The translations under genes were made by a program, and so were the position numbers. Of a DNA stretch of 64,000 nucleotides, positions 19,142-29,347 are shown in pieces. The first letter of the stretch is position 1. Each line of letters opens with the position of its first letter. The stretch comes from Deltaproteobacteria bacterium (GTDB lineage Bacteria > Desulfobacterota > GWC2-55-46 > UBA9637 > GWC2-42-11), in contig JACRPW010000044.1 in the NCBI GenBank assembly GCA_016223005.1, positions 627 through 64,626 on the forward strand, written 5' to 3'. Under the pieces are notes generated by a model. The model was not told the DNA's origin, did no database searches, and saw nothing but the letters and a program-made list of their open reading frames with translations.

Positions 19142-20245
19142 TTAAACACTCTCCTGACTTTTTTTGTAGATATTTAAGAGTATGCCCACACCTATCATAT
19201 TGATGACAAGTGATGAGCCTCCATAACTTATAAACGGCAGGACAAGCCCTTTTGTTGGCAATAGCCCTGTTACAACAGCCATATTCACAACTGCCTGAAG
19301 CGAGACAAGAAGTGTCACACCTATTGCCAGATAGGTGCCGTACAGGTCAGATGCAATTAAAGAAATCTTTATGCCTGATATAAGAAAAAGTATGTATAAA
19401 GAGATTACAATGCCAACACCAATAAGTCCAAGTTCCTCCCCAATAACAGAAAATATAAAGTCTGTATGTGCCTCAGGGAGATAAAATAGTTTCTGCTTAC
19501 CCTCACCCAGACCAACCCCCCATATACCACCAACACCAAATGCAAGAAAAGACTGGATAATCTGCCAACCATCGCCATGAAAGTCCTTCCATGGATCAAT
19601 AAAGACCATTATTCTGTCCACTATATAACCCTTCTTTAAGATAATGTAATATATAATAAGAACAAATATTGGCAAAAGGGCTGCTATATATCTTATCCGC
19701 ACCCCTGCGATAATCATCATGGCAAGCACAATAGCGCCAAGGGACAACATACCCCCAAAATCTTTCTCAAAATATATCAGAGAGAGTATAATGCCCGGTA
19801 TGATGATGTGAGGCAAGAAACCTATTTTAAAGGTTTTTATCTTTTCATTTTTTGTGGAGAGGGAATAGGCAAGGTATATAATAATTGATAATTTTGCAAG
19901 TTCAGAGGGTTGAAATGTCCAGTTGCCTATTTTAAGCCATCTTCTTGCACCACCAGCCATATAACCGATTCCCGGAATAAGAACCAATATGAGCAGAACT
20001 GTAGAGATTATGAGAAGCGGATACACAAGACCTTTATAAGTGTGATAGGAAATCCGTGTTGTTATGTAAAATATAGTAAATGCAATAACCAATGAAACCA
20101 GATGTTTGCTTACAAACAGATACTCGTTTCCATATCTCTTAATTGCCATGATATAGGTAGTTGAATATATCATTACAAAACCGGCTGCAAGAAGCAGAAG
20201 TGTTGCAATTATCAATAACTTGTCTATTTCCCGTGCCTTAATCAC
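19142..20245 (-). CDS. ftsW: Lipid II flippase/peptidoglycan polymerase FtsW (SEDS family)
   Basis: Multi-TM SEDS protein located between murD and murG. Confidence 0.9.
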   Translation of the reverse strand: MIKAREIDKLLIIATLLLLAAGFVMIYSTTYIMAIKRYGNEYLFVSKHLVSLVIAFTIFYITTRISYHTYKGLVYPLLIISTVLLILVLIPGIGYMAGGARRWLKIGNWTFQPSELAKLSIIIYLAYSLSTKNEKIKTFKIGFLPHIIIPGIILSLIYFEKDFGGMLSLGAIVLAMMIIAGVRIRYIAALLPIFVLIIYYIILKKGYIVDRIMVFIDPWKDFHGDGWQIIQSFLAFGVGGIWGVGLGEGKQKLFYLPEAHTDFIFSVIGEELGLIGVGIVISLYILFLISGIKISLIASDLYGTYLAIGVTLLVSLQAVVNMAVVTGLLPTKGLVLPFISYGGSSLVINMIGVGILLNIYKKSQESV

Positions 20246-21663
20246 AGCGCCTCTACCAATTTTTTAAAGACATCCCCTCTCTCCTCATAACTCTTAAACA
20301 TATCAAAACTTGAACATGCAGGGGAAAGGAGGACTATGTCTCCGCTTTTTGCTGTATTGTGTGCCTTTTTAACAGCATCTTCCATTGACAAGGCGAATAC
20401 AGTCTCTGTGCAGGCACCCAGCGCCTTTTTCATCTTCTGTCTTGCCTCTCCTATAAGTATCAAGAGTTTGACCTTTTCCTTTATCAAATCTTTAAGCACA
20501 CTGTAGTCGCCGCCTTTGTCCTTACCACCTGCTATTAGGACAATTGGCGCATTAAACCCCTCCAGACACTTCTGCAAGGCGCCGATATTTGTGCCTTTTG
20601 AATCATCGTAATAGGAAACACCGTTGATCTCTCTTGCAAACTCTACCCTGTGCGGCAGGGCATCAAAGGCATTTATGATTTTGATTACTTCATCATCCTT
20701 TAAACCGCACATTTTTGCTGCCGCTATTACAGCCATTATGTTTTCTATGTTATGGATACCCTTAAGTTTGAAACCGACAGTTGGATATATTTCTTTTGCG
20801 CCATCAAGAGAATAAACAATCCTGTTATCCTTATAATAAACCCCCTCTTCCAGAACATGGGTGCTGCTGAAAGGGATGATACGGATTTGAGATTTGAGAT
20901 TTGAGATTTGAGATTTTATAACCGGGTCATCTATATTCACAACCGCAATATCCCCTTGCCCCTGATTTTTGAATATATTAAATTTTGCATCCGCATATTC
21001 CTTAAAATTTGCGTATCTGTCCAGATGGTCCTCGGTAATGTTCAGAAGTATAGAAATATACGGCTTAAACCGTCTTATGCCCTCCAGTTGAAAACTGCTT
21101 ACCTCTGCTACCACATAATCAGACCTTTCTTTTCCCATGGCATAGTCAATCAGAGGAGTACCAATATTGCCGCCCACAAAGACATCTCTGCCTGCATCAC
21201 TCAAAACCCTGCCCAGCAGTGCTGTGGTTGTAGTTTTGCCATTTGTTCCTGTAACAGCAATAATAGGGGTGTCTATAAAATTATATGCCAGTTCAATCTC
21301 GCTTATAACCTCAATACCTTTCTTTCTTGCCCCCTGTATAGGTTCTATACTTGACGGCACACCCGGGCTTAAGATTATAAGGTCTGCCTCTGTAAAAATA
21401 TCTGCCGGGTGTTTACCTGCTGCAACCTTTACCCCTTCCATGTCATCTGAATAAGGCAGGTCTTCTATTGGTTTTAAGTCTGTTACAGTAACAACTGCCC
21501 CCTTTTCCTTCAGGAACCTTATGGTAGAAAGTCCTGTAGATGCAAGACCGACAACAAGGACATGCTTGCCTTTCAGGTCAAACTGATTAATGCGAGAAAC
21601 GATGTAACGCGGGAAACGATGTAAGGTTTCCTGCCTTTCCTGCCTTTCCCGCCTTTCTCGCAT
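20242..21663 (-). CDS. murD: UDP-N-acetylmuramoylalanine--D-glutamate ligase. The ATG 21663 start with a GAGGTG SD gives a repeat-encoded N-terminal extension (MRERRERQERQETLHRF). There is an internal KSQISNLKSQI heptamer insertion.
   Basis: Mur ligase blocks (GTNGKTTTTAL). The gatttga x4 repeat lies at 20884-20911. Confidence 0.92.
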   Translation of the reverse strand: MRERRERQERQETLHRFPRYIVSRINQFDLKGKHVLVVGLASTGLSTIRFLKEKGAVVTVTDLKPIEDLPYSDDMEGVKVAAGKHPADIFTEADLIILSPGVPSSIEPIQGARKKGIEVISEIELAYNFIDTPIIAVTGTNGKTTTTALLGRVLSDAGRDVFVGGNIGTPLIDYAMGKERSDYVVAEVSSFQLEGIRRFKPYISILLNITEDHLDRYANFKEYADAKFNIFKNQGQGDIAVVNIDDPVIKSQISNLKSQIRIIPFSSTHVLEEGVYYKDNRIVYSLDGAKEIYPTVGFKLKGIHNIENIMAVIAAAKMCGLKDDEVIKIINAFDALPHRVEFAREINGVSYYDDSKGTNIGALQKCLEGFNAPIVLIAGGKDKGGDYSVLKDLIKEKVKLLILIGEARQKMKKALGACTETVFALSMEDAVKKAHNTAKSGDIVLLSPACSSFDMFKSYEERGDVFKKLVEAL

Positions 21664-21667
21664 TACT

Positions 21668-22765
21668 TCACCTCAGTTTAAGTGTAGATATTGCTATCAA
21701 AGAAAGTATTATTGAAATTATCCAGAATCTGACAATAATCTTGGGTTCAGCCCATCCCTTGAGTTCAAAATGGTGATGGATTGGTGCCATAAGGAGAACC
21801 CTCTTCCCGCGGATCTTATAAGAGCCAACCTGAAATATTACAGAGAGCGCCTCTACAACAAAAATCCCTCCCACCAATACCAGAAGGATTTCATGCTTTG
21901 TAATAACAGCAAGTGTTCCAATAGCGCTGCCAAGTGCAAGAGAGCCTACATCACCCATAAATACCTGAGCAGGATATGTATTGAACCAGAGGAAACCAAG
22001 ACTCGCACCAACCATTGCACCTGCAAATATTGTAAGTTCACCGCTTTTTGCCACATAAAGTATCTGCAGATAGTTGGCGATTTTTATGTTTCCTGTCAGG
22101 TATGCAAGGAGCATATATGTTGCAGAAACTATCATTACAGGTCCTATAGCAAGTCCATCAAGCCCGTCTGTAAGATTCACTGCATTGGACGCACCTACTA
22201 CAACAAGCATGACAAACGGTATGTAAAAGACCCCCATGTCTATCATAACCTCTTTAAAAAAAGGCACTGTTACACGGGTATCAAACCCATTAAGGTACAG
22301 AAATAGGGCAACTGCAAACGCTATTAGAAACTGTCCTAAAAGTTTGTATGGGGGCAGAAGCCCGCGGCTGTCCCTTTTCACCAATTTGATATAATCATCA
22401 ATAAAACCGACTGCACCAAAGCCGAGGGTAATGAGGACAAGGAGCCAGACATAAAGATTTGTGAGGTTTGCCCACAGGAGTGTGGGTATAACAACTGCAA
22501 ATATTATGAGTGTCCCCCCCATAGTGGGAGTGCCTTCTTTACTTATATGATTCGGGGGGCCGTCCTTTCTTATGACCTGACCGACTTGCATCTCAGAAAG
22601 TTTCCTTATAATGTAGGGACCCAGAATAAAACTCAGAAGCAGGGCTGTAATAACAGCATAGATTGCCCTGAATGTAATATACTGAAATACATTAAAGACC
22701 GTATGATATGTGTGTAACGGATATAGTAAATGGTAAAGCATTAGTCGCTTCGCTCCATTGTCCAT
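21668..22765 (-). CDS. mraY: Phospho-N-acetylmuramoyl-pentapeptide transferase
   Basis: Polytopic membrane protein with MraY motifs ([10 protein letters not shown]). Confidence 0.95.
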   Translation of the reverse strand: MDNGAKRLMLYHLLYPLHTYHTVFNVFQYITFRAIYAVITALLLSFILGPYIIRKLSEMQVGQVIRKDGPPNHISKEGTPTMGGTLIIFAVVIPTLLWANLTNLYVWLLVLITLGFGAVGFIDDYIKLVKRDSRGLLPPYKLLGQFLIAFAVALFLYLNGFDTRVTVPFFKEVMIDMGVFYIPFVMLVVVGASNAVNLTDGLDGLAIGPVMIVSATYMLLAYLTGNIKIANYLQILYVAKSGELTIFAGAMVGASLGFLWFNTYPAQVFMGDVGSLALGSAIGTLAVITKHEILLVLVGGIFVVEALSVIFQVGSYKIRGKRVLLMAPIHHHFELKGWAEPKIIVRFWIISIILSLIAISTLKLR

Positions 22766-22821
22766 CGGAAATTGTAGATTTTAAATTTTATAAACATTTT
22801 GCAATTCCCAATTCCCAATCT

Positions 22822-24039
22822 TCACTTTACAATGTCGTATTGTAACCTTTCAATTATCTCTTCCATGCCGACTGCCCTTGAACCTTTCACAAGCAGGATG
22901 TCTCCATTTTTCAAAATCTTTTCTAAGGCATTAACAACCTCTGATTTATTGTTAAGCGTTTGAACACATTTTTTATCCATTCCTGCCTTAATCGCGCCGT
23001 CTGCAATATCTTTTTTGAATTCACCCACAACAAATAAAAGGTCTAATCCTAATCCGCCTGCAACTTTGCCTATATATCTGTGCCTTTCTTTTGATGCATC
23101 CCCAAGTTCCAGCATATCACCCAGCACAGCGATTTTTCTGCCTTTCATCTCCGAAAGGCTTCTTAAGGATGCCTCAACAGATGCAGGATTTGCATTGTAT
23201 GTGTCATCTATGACTGTAATATCATTTTCAAGTTTAATCGGCCCCATCCTTCCATACAGGGGTTTATAGTTTTTAAGCCCATCAATAATATTTTGCTTCT
23301 TTGCGCCAATGGCAAGGCTTGCCGCAATTGCAGCAGCGGCATTTGAAAGATTATGAACGCCGTATCCATTTATATTTACCTCTGTATTGTCTCCATTCAC
23401 ATTAAATACTGCGGACATGCCGCCGTTATTCTTTGAATATTCTTTAAGAAAAACATCGGCATTAGATTTAATGCTGAATGTAATCTTTTTTTGCTTTATA
23501 GATTCTGCTATTTTTACAATCCACGGGTCATCCATATTTATTACAACAACACCATCCTCTCTGAGCCCCGAAAATATTTCACCTTTAGCAGATGCAACAC
23601 CATCAATATCTCCGAGTGTCTTCAGATGTGCTGAACCAATATTAGTCAGAAGGGCAATATCAGGCTTGCAGATACTTGTAAGTTTTGTCATCTCACCCTT
23701 TTCGCTTATACCAAGTTCTACAACTGCAATATCGTGTATGTTGTTCATCTTAAGCAGTGTAAGGGGCAGACCTATCAGGTTGTTCAGATTACCCTCTGTC
23801 TTCAGGACACAATGGGATTGCCTGAGTATTGAGGCTATCATCTCCTTTGTTGTTGTCTTGCCGCAACTGCCGCTGACTGCAATCAAGGGCACAGGGTGTC
23901 TCTCCCGCCAGTATCGTGCAAGATTGCCGAGAGCGGAAATTCCGTTAATGGCATCTATGATTTCTTTTGCTGTCAGTTCAAACATACAAACATTAGTGTC
24001 AGTGATTAGTGTCAGTGTCAGTAAAATCTTGCCTCTCAC
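22822..24039 (-). CDS. murF: UDP-MurNAc-tripeptide--D-alanyl-D-alanine ligase. The likely start is MFELTAKE near 23988.
   Basis: Mur ligase with a GSCGKTTTKEM P-loop. Confidence 0.9.
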   Translation of the reverse strand: MRGKILLTLTLITDTNVCMFELTAKEIIDAINGISALGNLARYWRERHPVPLIAVSGSCGKTTTKEMIASILRQSHCVLKTEGNLNNLIGLPLTLLKMNNIHDIAVVELGISEKGEMTKLTSICKPDIALLTNIGSAHLKTLGDIDGVASAKGEIFSGLREDGVVVINMDDPWIVKIAESIKQKKITFSIKSNADVFLKEYSKNNGGMSAVFNVNGDNTEVNINGYGVHNLSNAAAAIAASLAIGAKKQNIIDGLKNYKPLYGRMGPIKLENDITVIDDTYNANPASVEASLRSLSEMKGRKIAVLGDMLELGDASKERHRYIGKVAGGLGLDLLFVVGEFKKDIADGAIKAGMDKKCVQTLNNKSEVVNALEKILKNGDILLVKGSRAVGMEEIIERLQYDIVK

Positions 24040-24060
24040 TGTCCACTGACACTGACACTA
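23994..24060. repeat. Long hairpin whose arms are themselves tandem tgtcag(t) repeats (agtgtcagtgtcagt ... actgacactgacact) in the murF-murE spacer. The right arm overlaps the murE stop.
   Basis: The two arms form a 15-nt inverted repeat with no mismatches and a ~22-nt loop. Confidence 0.85.
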
Positions 24061-25548
24061 TTCATTATTCATTGCCTTTCTAACTTCTTCCACATCATCA
24101 AATGGTATCTTTTTATCACCGATAATTTGATATTTTTCATGCCCTTTTCCGGCAATAACTATAAAATCCCCTGCCTCTGCAATAGTTACTGCCTTTTCAA
24201 TTGCCTCTTTCCTATCAGGAATTATCATGTAGTCTTGACCCTTGACCCCTGCCTCTATCTCCTTTATAATTGCAAGCGGGTCTTCATCTCTCGGATTGTC
24301 AGATGTAATTATTGTAATATTGGAGAACCTTGCTGCAATTTCCCCCATAATGGGTCTCTTGCCTCTATCCCTGTTACCACCGCAGCCAAACACTGTGATT
24401 ACCCTTGCCCCTGCCACATCCCTTATTGTTGTAAGAAGCCTTTCAAGTGCATCACCTGTATGGGCATAGTCAATAACTGCCTGAAAGCCTTTCTTTGACG
24501 AAACCCTTTCAATCCTGCCTTCCACAGTTTTAAGATTTGAGATGCCTTTTTCAATGACATCTATTTTCAAACCCAATCCGATCCCGGCACCAACCGCTGC
24601 CATTATATTTTGCAAGTTATGCTTGCCTAAAAGTTTTGATGAGATATGAATACTGCCAATAGGTGTTGATAAAGAAGCCTCAATTCCGTTATCTGTAAAA
24701 TCCATTTTTTTAGGGAATATATTGCCCATTGCCTCTGCGTTAAGACTATATTCAATAGTTTTGACTTTTGACTTCGGGGCACCCACGATAGTGGGTCGTT
24801 TGACTTTTAATAATCTTCCCCATTCATCATCTATGTTAATTACTGCAAAACAATCTTCTGACTGCGGCAGAAACTCCTCAAACAGTCTTGCCTTGCTCTC
24901 AAAATAATCCTCCATAGTCTTGTGATAATCAAGGTGGTCCTGTGTAAGGTTTGTAAATACCCCTCCCTTAAAGATACAGCCGTCCACCCTCTTCTGGGAA
25001 AGGGCATGTGATGAGACCTCCATAACACAGTTGGTAACACCATTATCCGCCATATCTTTTAAGAGCCTCTGCAAATCAGGAGACTCAGGTGTTGTATGGG
25101 ATGCATCCAGTATCTTCCCCCTGTATCTGTAATTTATTGTGCCTATCACACCCGATTCCAGACCCGCCTGTTTAAGTATAGATTCAATCAGAAATGTCGT
25201 TGTTGTCTTGCCATTTGTTCCGGTAACACCTACAAGATTGAGTTTTCTTGAAGGCTCTCCATAAAACCTGCATGCAAGTTTTGCCATCGCATCTCTTGAA
25301 TCAGGCACAATAATCTCTGGGACTTTAACAGCACTGTCTATCCTTTCTGATACAATTGCTGCTGCACCATTTTTCACTGCATCAGGAATAAAGTTATAGC
25401 CATCTGTATTCTCCCCTTTTAGCGCTGCGAACAGGGAACCCTTTTTTACATCTCTGGAGTTATATGCAATACCCTTTATCTCTATATCCTCATTTAAGTT
25501 TTGAATTTCAAATGGTGATAAAACTTCTAATAAATCTTTTAATTTCAC
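24058..25548 (-). CDS. murE: UDP-MurNAc-L-Ala-D-Glu--2,6-diaminopimelate ligase
   Basis: Mur ligase GVTGTNGKTTTT, with a DNPR motif in the C-terminal domain. Confidence 0.93.
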   Translation of the reverse strand: MKLKDLLEVLSPFEIQNLNEDIEIKGIAYNSRDVKKGSLFAALKGENTDGYNFIPDAVKNGAAAIVSERIDSAVKVPEIIVPDSRDAMAKLACRFYGEPSRKLNLVGVTGTNGKTTTTFLIESILKQAGLESGVIGTINYRYRGKILDASHTTPESPDLQRLLKDMADNGVTNCVMEVSSHALSQKRVDGCIFKGGVFTNLTQDHLDYHKTMEDYFESKARLFEEFLPQSEDCFAVINIDDEWGRLLKVKRPTIVGAPKSKVKTIEYSLNAEAMGNIFPKKMDFTDNGIEASLSTPIGSIHISSKLLGKHNLQNIMAAVGAGIGLGLKIDVIEKGISNLKTVEGRIERVSSKKGFQAVIDYAHTGDALERLLTTIRDVAGARVITVFGCGGNRDRGKRPIMGEIAARFSNITIITSDNPRDEDPLAIIKEIEAGVKGQDYMIIPDRKEAIEKAVTIAEAGDFIVIAGKGHEKYQIIGDKKIPFDDVEEVRKAMNNE

Positions 25549-25560
25549 CCGAAAATACCT

Positions 25561-25611
25561 CTTTCGCCTTTCGCCGTGAAAAGCATGCTTTTCACCCTTA
25601 CGCCTTTAGCC
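25561..25611. repeat. Mini-palindrome element: cgccttt-type direct repeats flanking the palindrome gtgaaaagcatgcttttcac (murE-ftsI spacer). It is homologous to 50666-50710.
   Basis: The 20-nt palindrome is identical in both copies, and the flanks are related. Confidence 0.9.
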
Positions 25612-25615
25612 TGCC

Positions 25616-27589
25616 TCACTGAAATCTCACCTCACACACAACACCTGGGCTGAGATTTGCTCCAGGCATCGGGCTCTGATAAAATGCCCTGCCGCTCCCA
25701 ACAACCTTTACCTCCATAGGTATTTCCCTTAAAATCTTAAGAACCTGCCTGATTGTCTTGTCTTTCAAGTCAGGCATTGCATAATTTCCTTCATCTGAGT
25801 AACTATCAAAAGCAGCACTGCTGTCTTCAAAGAACCTTTTATTAGAAGTGCTAACAAAGGAATCACTTACATATCTTTCTGCCTTTCCGTCATTTGTATA
25901 AATGCCAAGATATGGCAAGACCTGTTTTGAAATCTCTCTAAAAACAGGCGCAGCAACCTGTCCGCCGTAAAAGACCCCGCGCGGTTCATCCAAGATGATA
26001 AGGATAACTATCCCCGGATTATCTGCTGGCACAAATCCTATAAATGAACTCATATATCTGTCTTCCAGGTACCCTCCTGTTAAAAGGTTTGCCTTCTGCG
26101 CGGTTCCTGTCTTGCCTGCAACTTCAAAACCATCTACCTGCGCCTTAATACCTGACCCTCCGGTATTTGTTACTGTTTTTAAGACCTCTGTAACCTTTTT
26201 TGCCGTGTCTTCGCTTATTACGCGTCTTTGAATCTCAGGGGTAAACTCTTTTACTATCTTGCCTTCGCTATCAATAATTCTTTTGACTATGATTGGTTTC
26301 ATAAGATAACCGCCATTTGCAATTGATGAAAATGCGGCGGCGAGTTGAATGCCTGTAATAGAAATCCCTTGTCCAAATGATATTGTATCAATAGAAACAC
26401 CTGACCATCTTTTTGGGTGCTGGACACTGCCTGCTATTTCACCCGGCAGGTCAATATTTGCCTTTGAACCAAACCCAAAACCCTTTATATATCTATAGAA
26501 TGCCTCCTTGCCCAGTTTTTCACCAATCTTTGCCGCACCTATATTGCTTGAATGTCTTATTATGTCCGTTACAGAAAGCCATCCAAATTTCCTGTCGTGT
26601 GCATCATGGATTACCCTGTCAAAAACCTTATATTCACCGTTCTCGCAAAAAAATATATCTGTTTGTTTTGCAACTCCTTCCTCAAATGCTGCTGCTATCA
26701 GAAAGGTCTTGAATGTCGAGCCTGGTTCAAACGCGTCTGAAACCAGCCTGTTTTTCCAGAGGTGCGCACGATACTGCAAGAAGGTATTTGGGTCAAAAGA
26801 AGGCAGGTCTGCCATAGCAAGAACCTCACCCGTTTTAGGGTCCATGACCATTGCCGTGCCTCCCTTTGCCCCTGTTGATGCAACAGCCTTTCCCAACTCC
26901 TTTTCTGTTATATATTGAACAGTCTTGTCAATTGTAAGGACAATATCCATACCTCTGGATATCCTTACCCTGTCCACATTATTATTCAGTGTTATGGCAT
27001 CTCCGTTGGCATCTTTCTCATCAATAATGACCCTTCCGCTGCCCTGAAGATAAGCATCAAACTTAAATTCTATGCCCTCCAGGCCGTTTGAGTCAAGTCC
27101 TGTGAAACCTATGATATCACTTGCCAGCCGAAAATTCGGATAGACCCTTTTATCTTCTGTCAGGATACCTACACCCTTTATCTTCAACTCCTTCCTTTCA
27201 GAAATCTTTTGAAAATCAACCTTTCTTTTTATCCACACAAACGGCTTATCTCTATTTATCTTCTCTATTATCTCACTCTTGTTCATCGCAGTTACAGGTG
27301 CAAGCGCCTTCACAACATCACCACGGTTTTCAATATGCTGGGGCTGTACATAAATAGAAGCAGCATCCATAGAAACAGCCATATCTTTCATGTTTCTGTC
27401 ATATATCGTGCCGCGCCTCGGTAAAAGTGTTTCCTCTTTCAATCGCTGTTTTAATGCAATCGCCTTAAATTTTGGACTGTCGACAACCTGAAATTGAAAT
27501 GCCCGTATAAAAACAATAGAAAATGCCACAAAAAAAAGGAGCATCGCTATAAATATTCTGAACTTGAGCCATGTCTTAAACCTGTTCAT
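25616..27589 (-). CDS. ftsI: Peptidoglycan transpeptidase FtsI/PBP (class B penicillin-binding protein)
   Basis: N-terminal TM segment, dimerisation domain, and the STFK, SSN and KTGT transpeptidase motifs. Confidence 0.93.
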   Translation of the reverse strand: MNRFKTWLKFRIFIAMLLFFVAFSIVFIRAFQFQVVDSPKFKAIALKQRLKEETLLPRRGTIYDRNMKDMAVSMDAASIYVQPQHIENRGDVVKALAPVTAMNKSEIIEKINRDKPFVWIKRKVDFQKISERKELKIKGVGILTEDKRVYPNFRLASDIIGFTGLDSNGLEGIEFKFDAYLQGSGRVIIDEKDANGDAITLNNNVDRVRISRGMDIVLTIDKTVQYITEKELGKAVASTGAKGGTAMVMDPKTGEVLAMADLPSFDPNTFLQYRAHLWKNRLVSDAFEPGSTFKTFLIAAAFEEGVAKQTDIFFCENGEYKVFDRVIHDAHDRKFGWLSVTDIIRHSSNIGAAKIGEKLGKEAFYRYIKGFGFGSKANIDLPGEIAGSVQHPKRWSGVSIDTISFGQGISITGIQLAAAFSSIANGGYLMKPIIVKRIIDSEGKIVKEFTPEIQRRVISEDTAKKVTEVLKTVTNTGGSGIKAQVDGFEVAGKTGTAQKANLLTGGYLEDRYMSSFIGFVPADNPGIVILIILDEPRGVFYGGQVAAPVFREISKQVLPYLGIYTNDGKAERYVSDSFVSTSNKRFFEDSSAAFDSYSDEGNYAMPDLKDKTIRQVLKILREIPMEVKVVGSGRAFYQSPMPGANLSPGVVCEVRFQ

Positions 27590-27945
27590 TGTTGGGTTTG
27601 TTCTTTTATCCTTATAATCTGTTCCTGCGATGGATATACTAATCCCAATTCTGTCCTTGCTATCCTGTCTATCCTGTCAGGTGATTTCAGGGAAGTAATC
27701 TCTATATTCAATAACCCCTTTTCCTTCAGAAGATTTTTTCGTTCCAGTTCCACCCTTGATATCTCGTAACCAAGATTTATAGTCAAAAGCCTGCTCCACA
27801 CATAAAAAAGTGTAACCATTGCAATAACTGTTATTACGATGATTGCAGAAAATAAAAACCATGGGCTGTTAACATCCCTCTTATCTTTAACCCTTTGGCG
27901 TCCAAGGACACCGGTAAAAGAATTTTTTTTTAATATCGCCTGCAT
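27586..27945 (-). CDS. ftsL: Cell division protein FtsL
   Basis: Small bitopic protein with a coiled coil, located between rsmH and ftsI. Confidence 0.7.
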   Translation of the reverse strand: MQAILKKNSFTGVLGRQRVKDKRDVNSPWFLFSAIIVITVIAMVTLFYVWSRLLTINLGYEISRVELERKNLLKEKGLLNIEITSLKSPDRIDRIARTELGLVYPSQEQIIRIKEQTQQ

Positions 27946-27962
27946 CTTCTTGACCCTTGACC

Positions 27963-28898
27963 CTATATCCTCTCCGCCGCCCTCATCTTTGCACTCCGCG
28001 CACGGGGATTATTTTTTATTTCAGTTTCAGATGGTATTACAGGTTTTTTTGTAATAACCTTCACTAGCGGCACCCTTTCACAAATACACATGGGCAGGTC
28101 AGGGGGACAGATGCACACCTTTTCCAGAGACCTGAATCTTTCTTTTACTATCCTGTCTTCCAAAGAATGATATGAAATAACAACGAATCTGCCTTCATGG
28201 GCAAGAAGGGATACACCTTCATCTATCGCTCTTTTAAGATTTTCAAGTTCATTATTCACCTTAATTCTGATTGCCTGAAATGTCTTTGTGGCAGGATGTA
28301 TGCTGGTGGGATGGTATCTTACAGGTATTGCCGAGTATACAATATCTGCAAGTTCTTTTGTGGTTGTTATCTTACAAACCCTCCTCTTTTCCACAATCTT
28401 CTTTGCTATCCTTCTTGCCCACCTCTCTTCCCCATACTGATAAATAACATCACCTAAGTCTTGTTCAGAAAGACCATTAACCAGATCACAGGCTGAAGTG
28501 CCTTTTGTCCTGTCCATCCTCATATCAAGATACCCTTCATGCCTGAAACTAAAGCCCCTTTCAGGTTTTTCAAAATGGTAAGAAGACACACCAAGGTCAA
28601 GGAGTATCCCATTAACTTCTATTACATGATGTTCTTCAAGTATAGACTTTATATCTGCAAAGTTTCCCCTTATTATAGTTACCCTTGAAATGTCTTCTAT
28701 TAACCTTTTTTCTGCAGCCAAGACCGCATCTTCATCCCAATCAATGCCTATGACCTTTCCATCAGGTTTTATTGCATTAAGTATGTTTAGTGTATGTCCA
28801 CCTCCCCCTAATGTTCCGTCAACATATGTATTACCCGGGCTGCAATTTAAAAATCTTACAACCTCCCCTGACAATACTGATGTGTGTTCAAAATCCAC
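27963..28898 (-). CDS. rsmH: 16S rRNA m4C1402 methyltransferase RsmH (MraW)
   Basis: HTSVLSGEV...DGTLGGGGH SAM-binding N-terminus. Confidence 0.95.
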   Translation of the reverse strand: MDFEHTSVLSGEVVRFLNCSPGNTYVDGTLGGGGHTLNILNAIKPDGKVIGIDWDEDAVLAAEKRLIEDISRVTIIRGNFADIKSILEEHHVIEVNGILLDLGVSSYHFEKPERGFSFRHEGYLDMRMDRTKGTSACDLVNGLSEQDLGDVIYQYGEERWARRIAKKIVEKRRVCKITTTKELADIVYSAIPVRYHPTSIHPATKTFQAIRIKVNNELENLKRAIDEGVSLLAHEGRFVVISYHSLEDRIVKERFRSLEKVCICPPDLPMCICERVPLVKVITKKPVIPSETEIKNNPRARSAKMRAAERI

Positions 28899-28900
28899 TC

Positions 28901-29347
28901 CTAAAGCCCCAAACTCGCAAGGGCATCGCGGACATCATGGGCATCAAAGTTCTCCTGAGATTTTACTATTACAGATTCCCACCGTGTCTTACTCCATATC
29001 TCAATCCTTTTAAGCATCCCCACAAACACAATATCCTTTTCCAGTTTTGCATAATCCCGCAGTACCTGTGGAATGAGCAGACGACCAAGTTTATCAATAC
29101 AGCACTCTGCAGCCCCTGAATAAAAGAACCTTAAAAACTGGGCAGGTTCCTTTTTCAGCATTGATAAGTTTGATGCCTTTTGTTCAATAATCTCCCATTC
29201 AGAAAATGGATAGGCAACAAGACAGCCGTCATAGTTAGTGACTATAAGCCTTTCCTCATATTTATCCTTTAATATTTCACGGAATTTTGAAGGAACGCTA
29301 ACCCTTCCTTTTGCATCTATGGTGTGTTCAAATCTGCCTCTGAACAT
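28901..29347 (-). CDS. mraZ: Transcriptional regulator MraZ. The likely start is MFRGRFEH. The listed ORF extends to 29398.
   Basis: Duplicated MraZ domain (DAKGRVSVP / DKLGRLLIP). It is the first gene of the dcw cluster. Confidence 0.9.
   Translation of the reverse strand: MFRGRFEHTIDAKGRVSVPSKFREILKDKYEERLIVTNYDGCLVAYPFSEWEIIEQKASNLSMLKKEPAQFLRFFYSGAAECCIDKLGRLLIPQVLRDYAKLEKDIVFVGMLKRIEIWSKTRWESVIVKSQENFDAHDVRDALASLGL

Noticed and set aside
21770-22306. 178-aa Cys-rich ORF antisense to mraY, and many other 60-170-aa ORFs antisense to dcw and por genes
   Set aside because: They lie entirely inside well-supported conserved genes on the opposite strand, have no SD and show biased composition. 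They are typical shadow ORFs.
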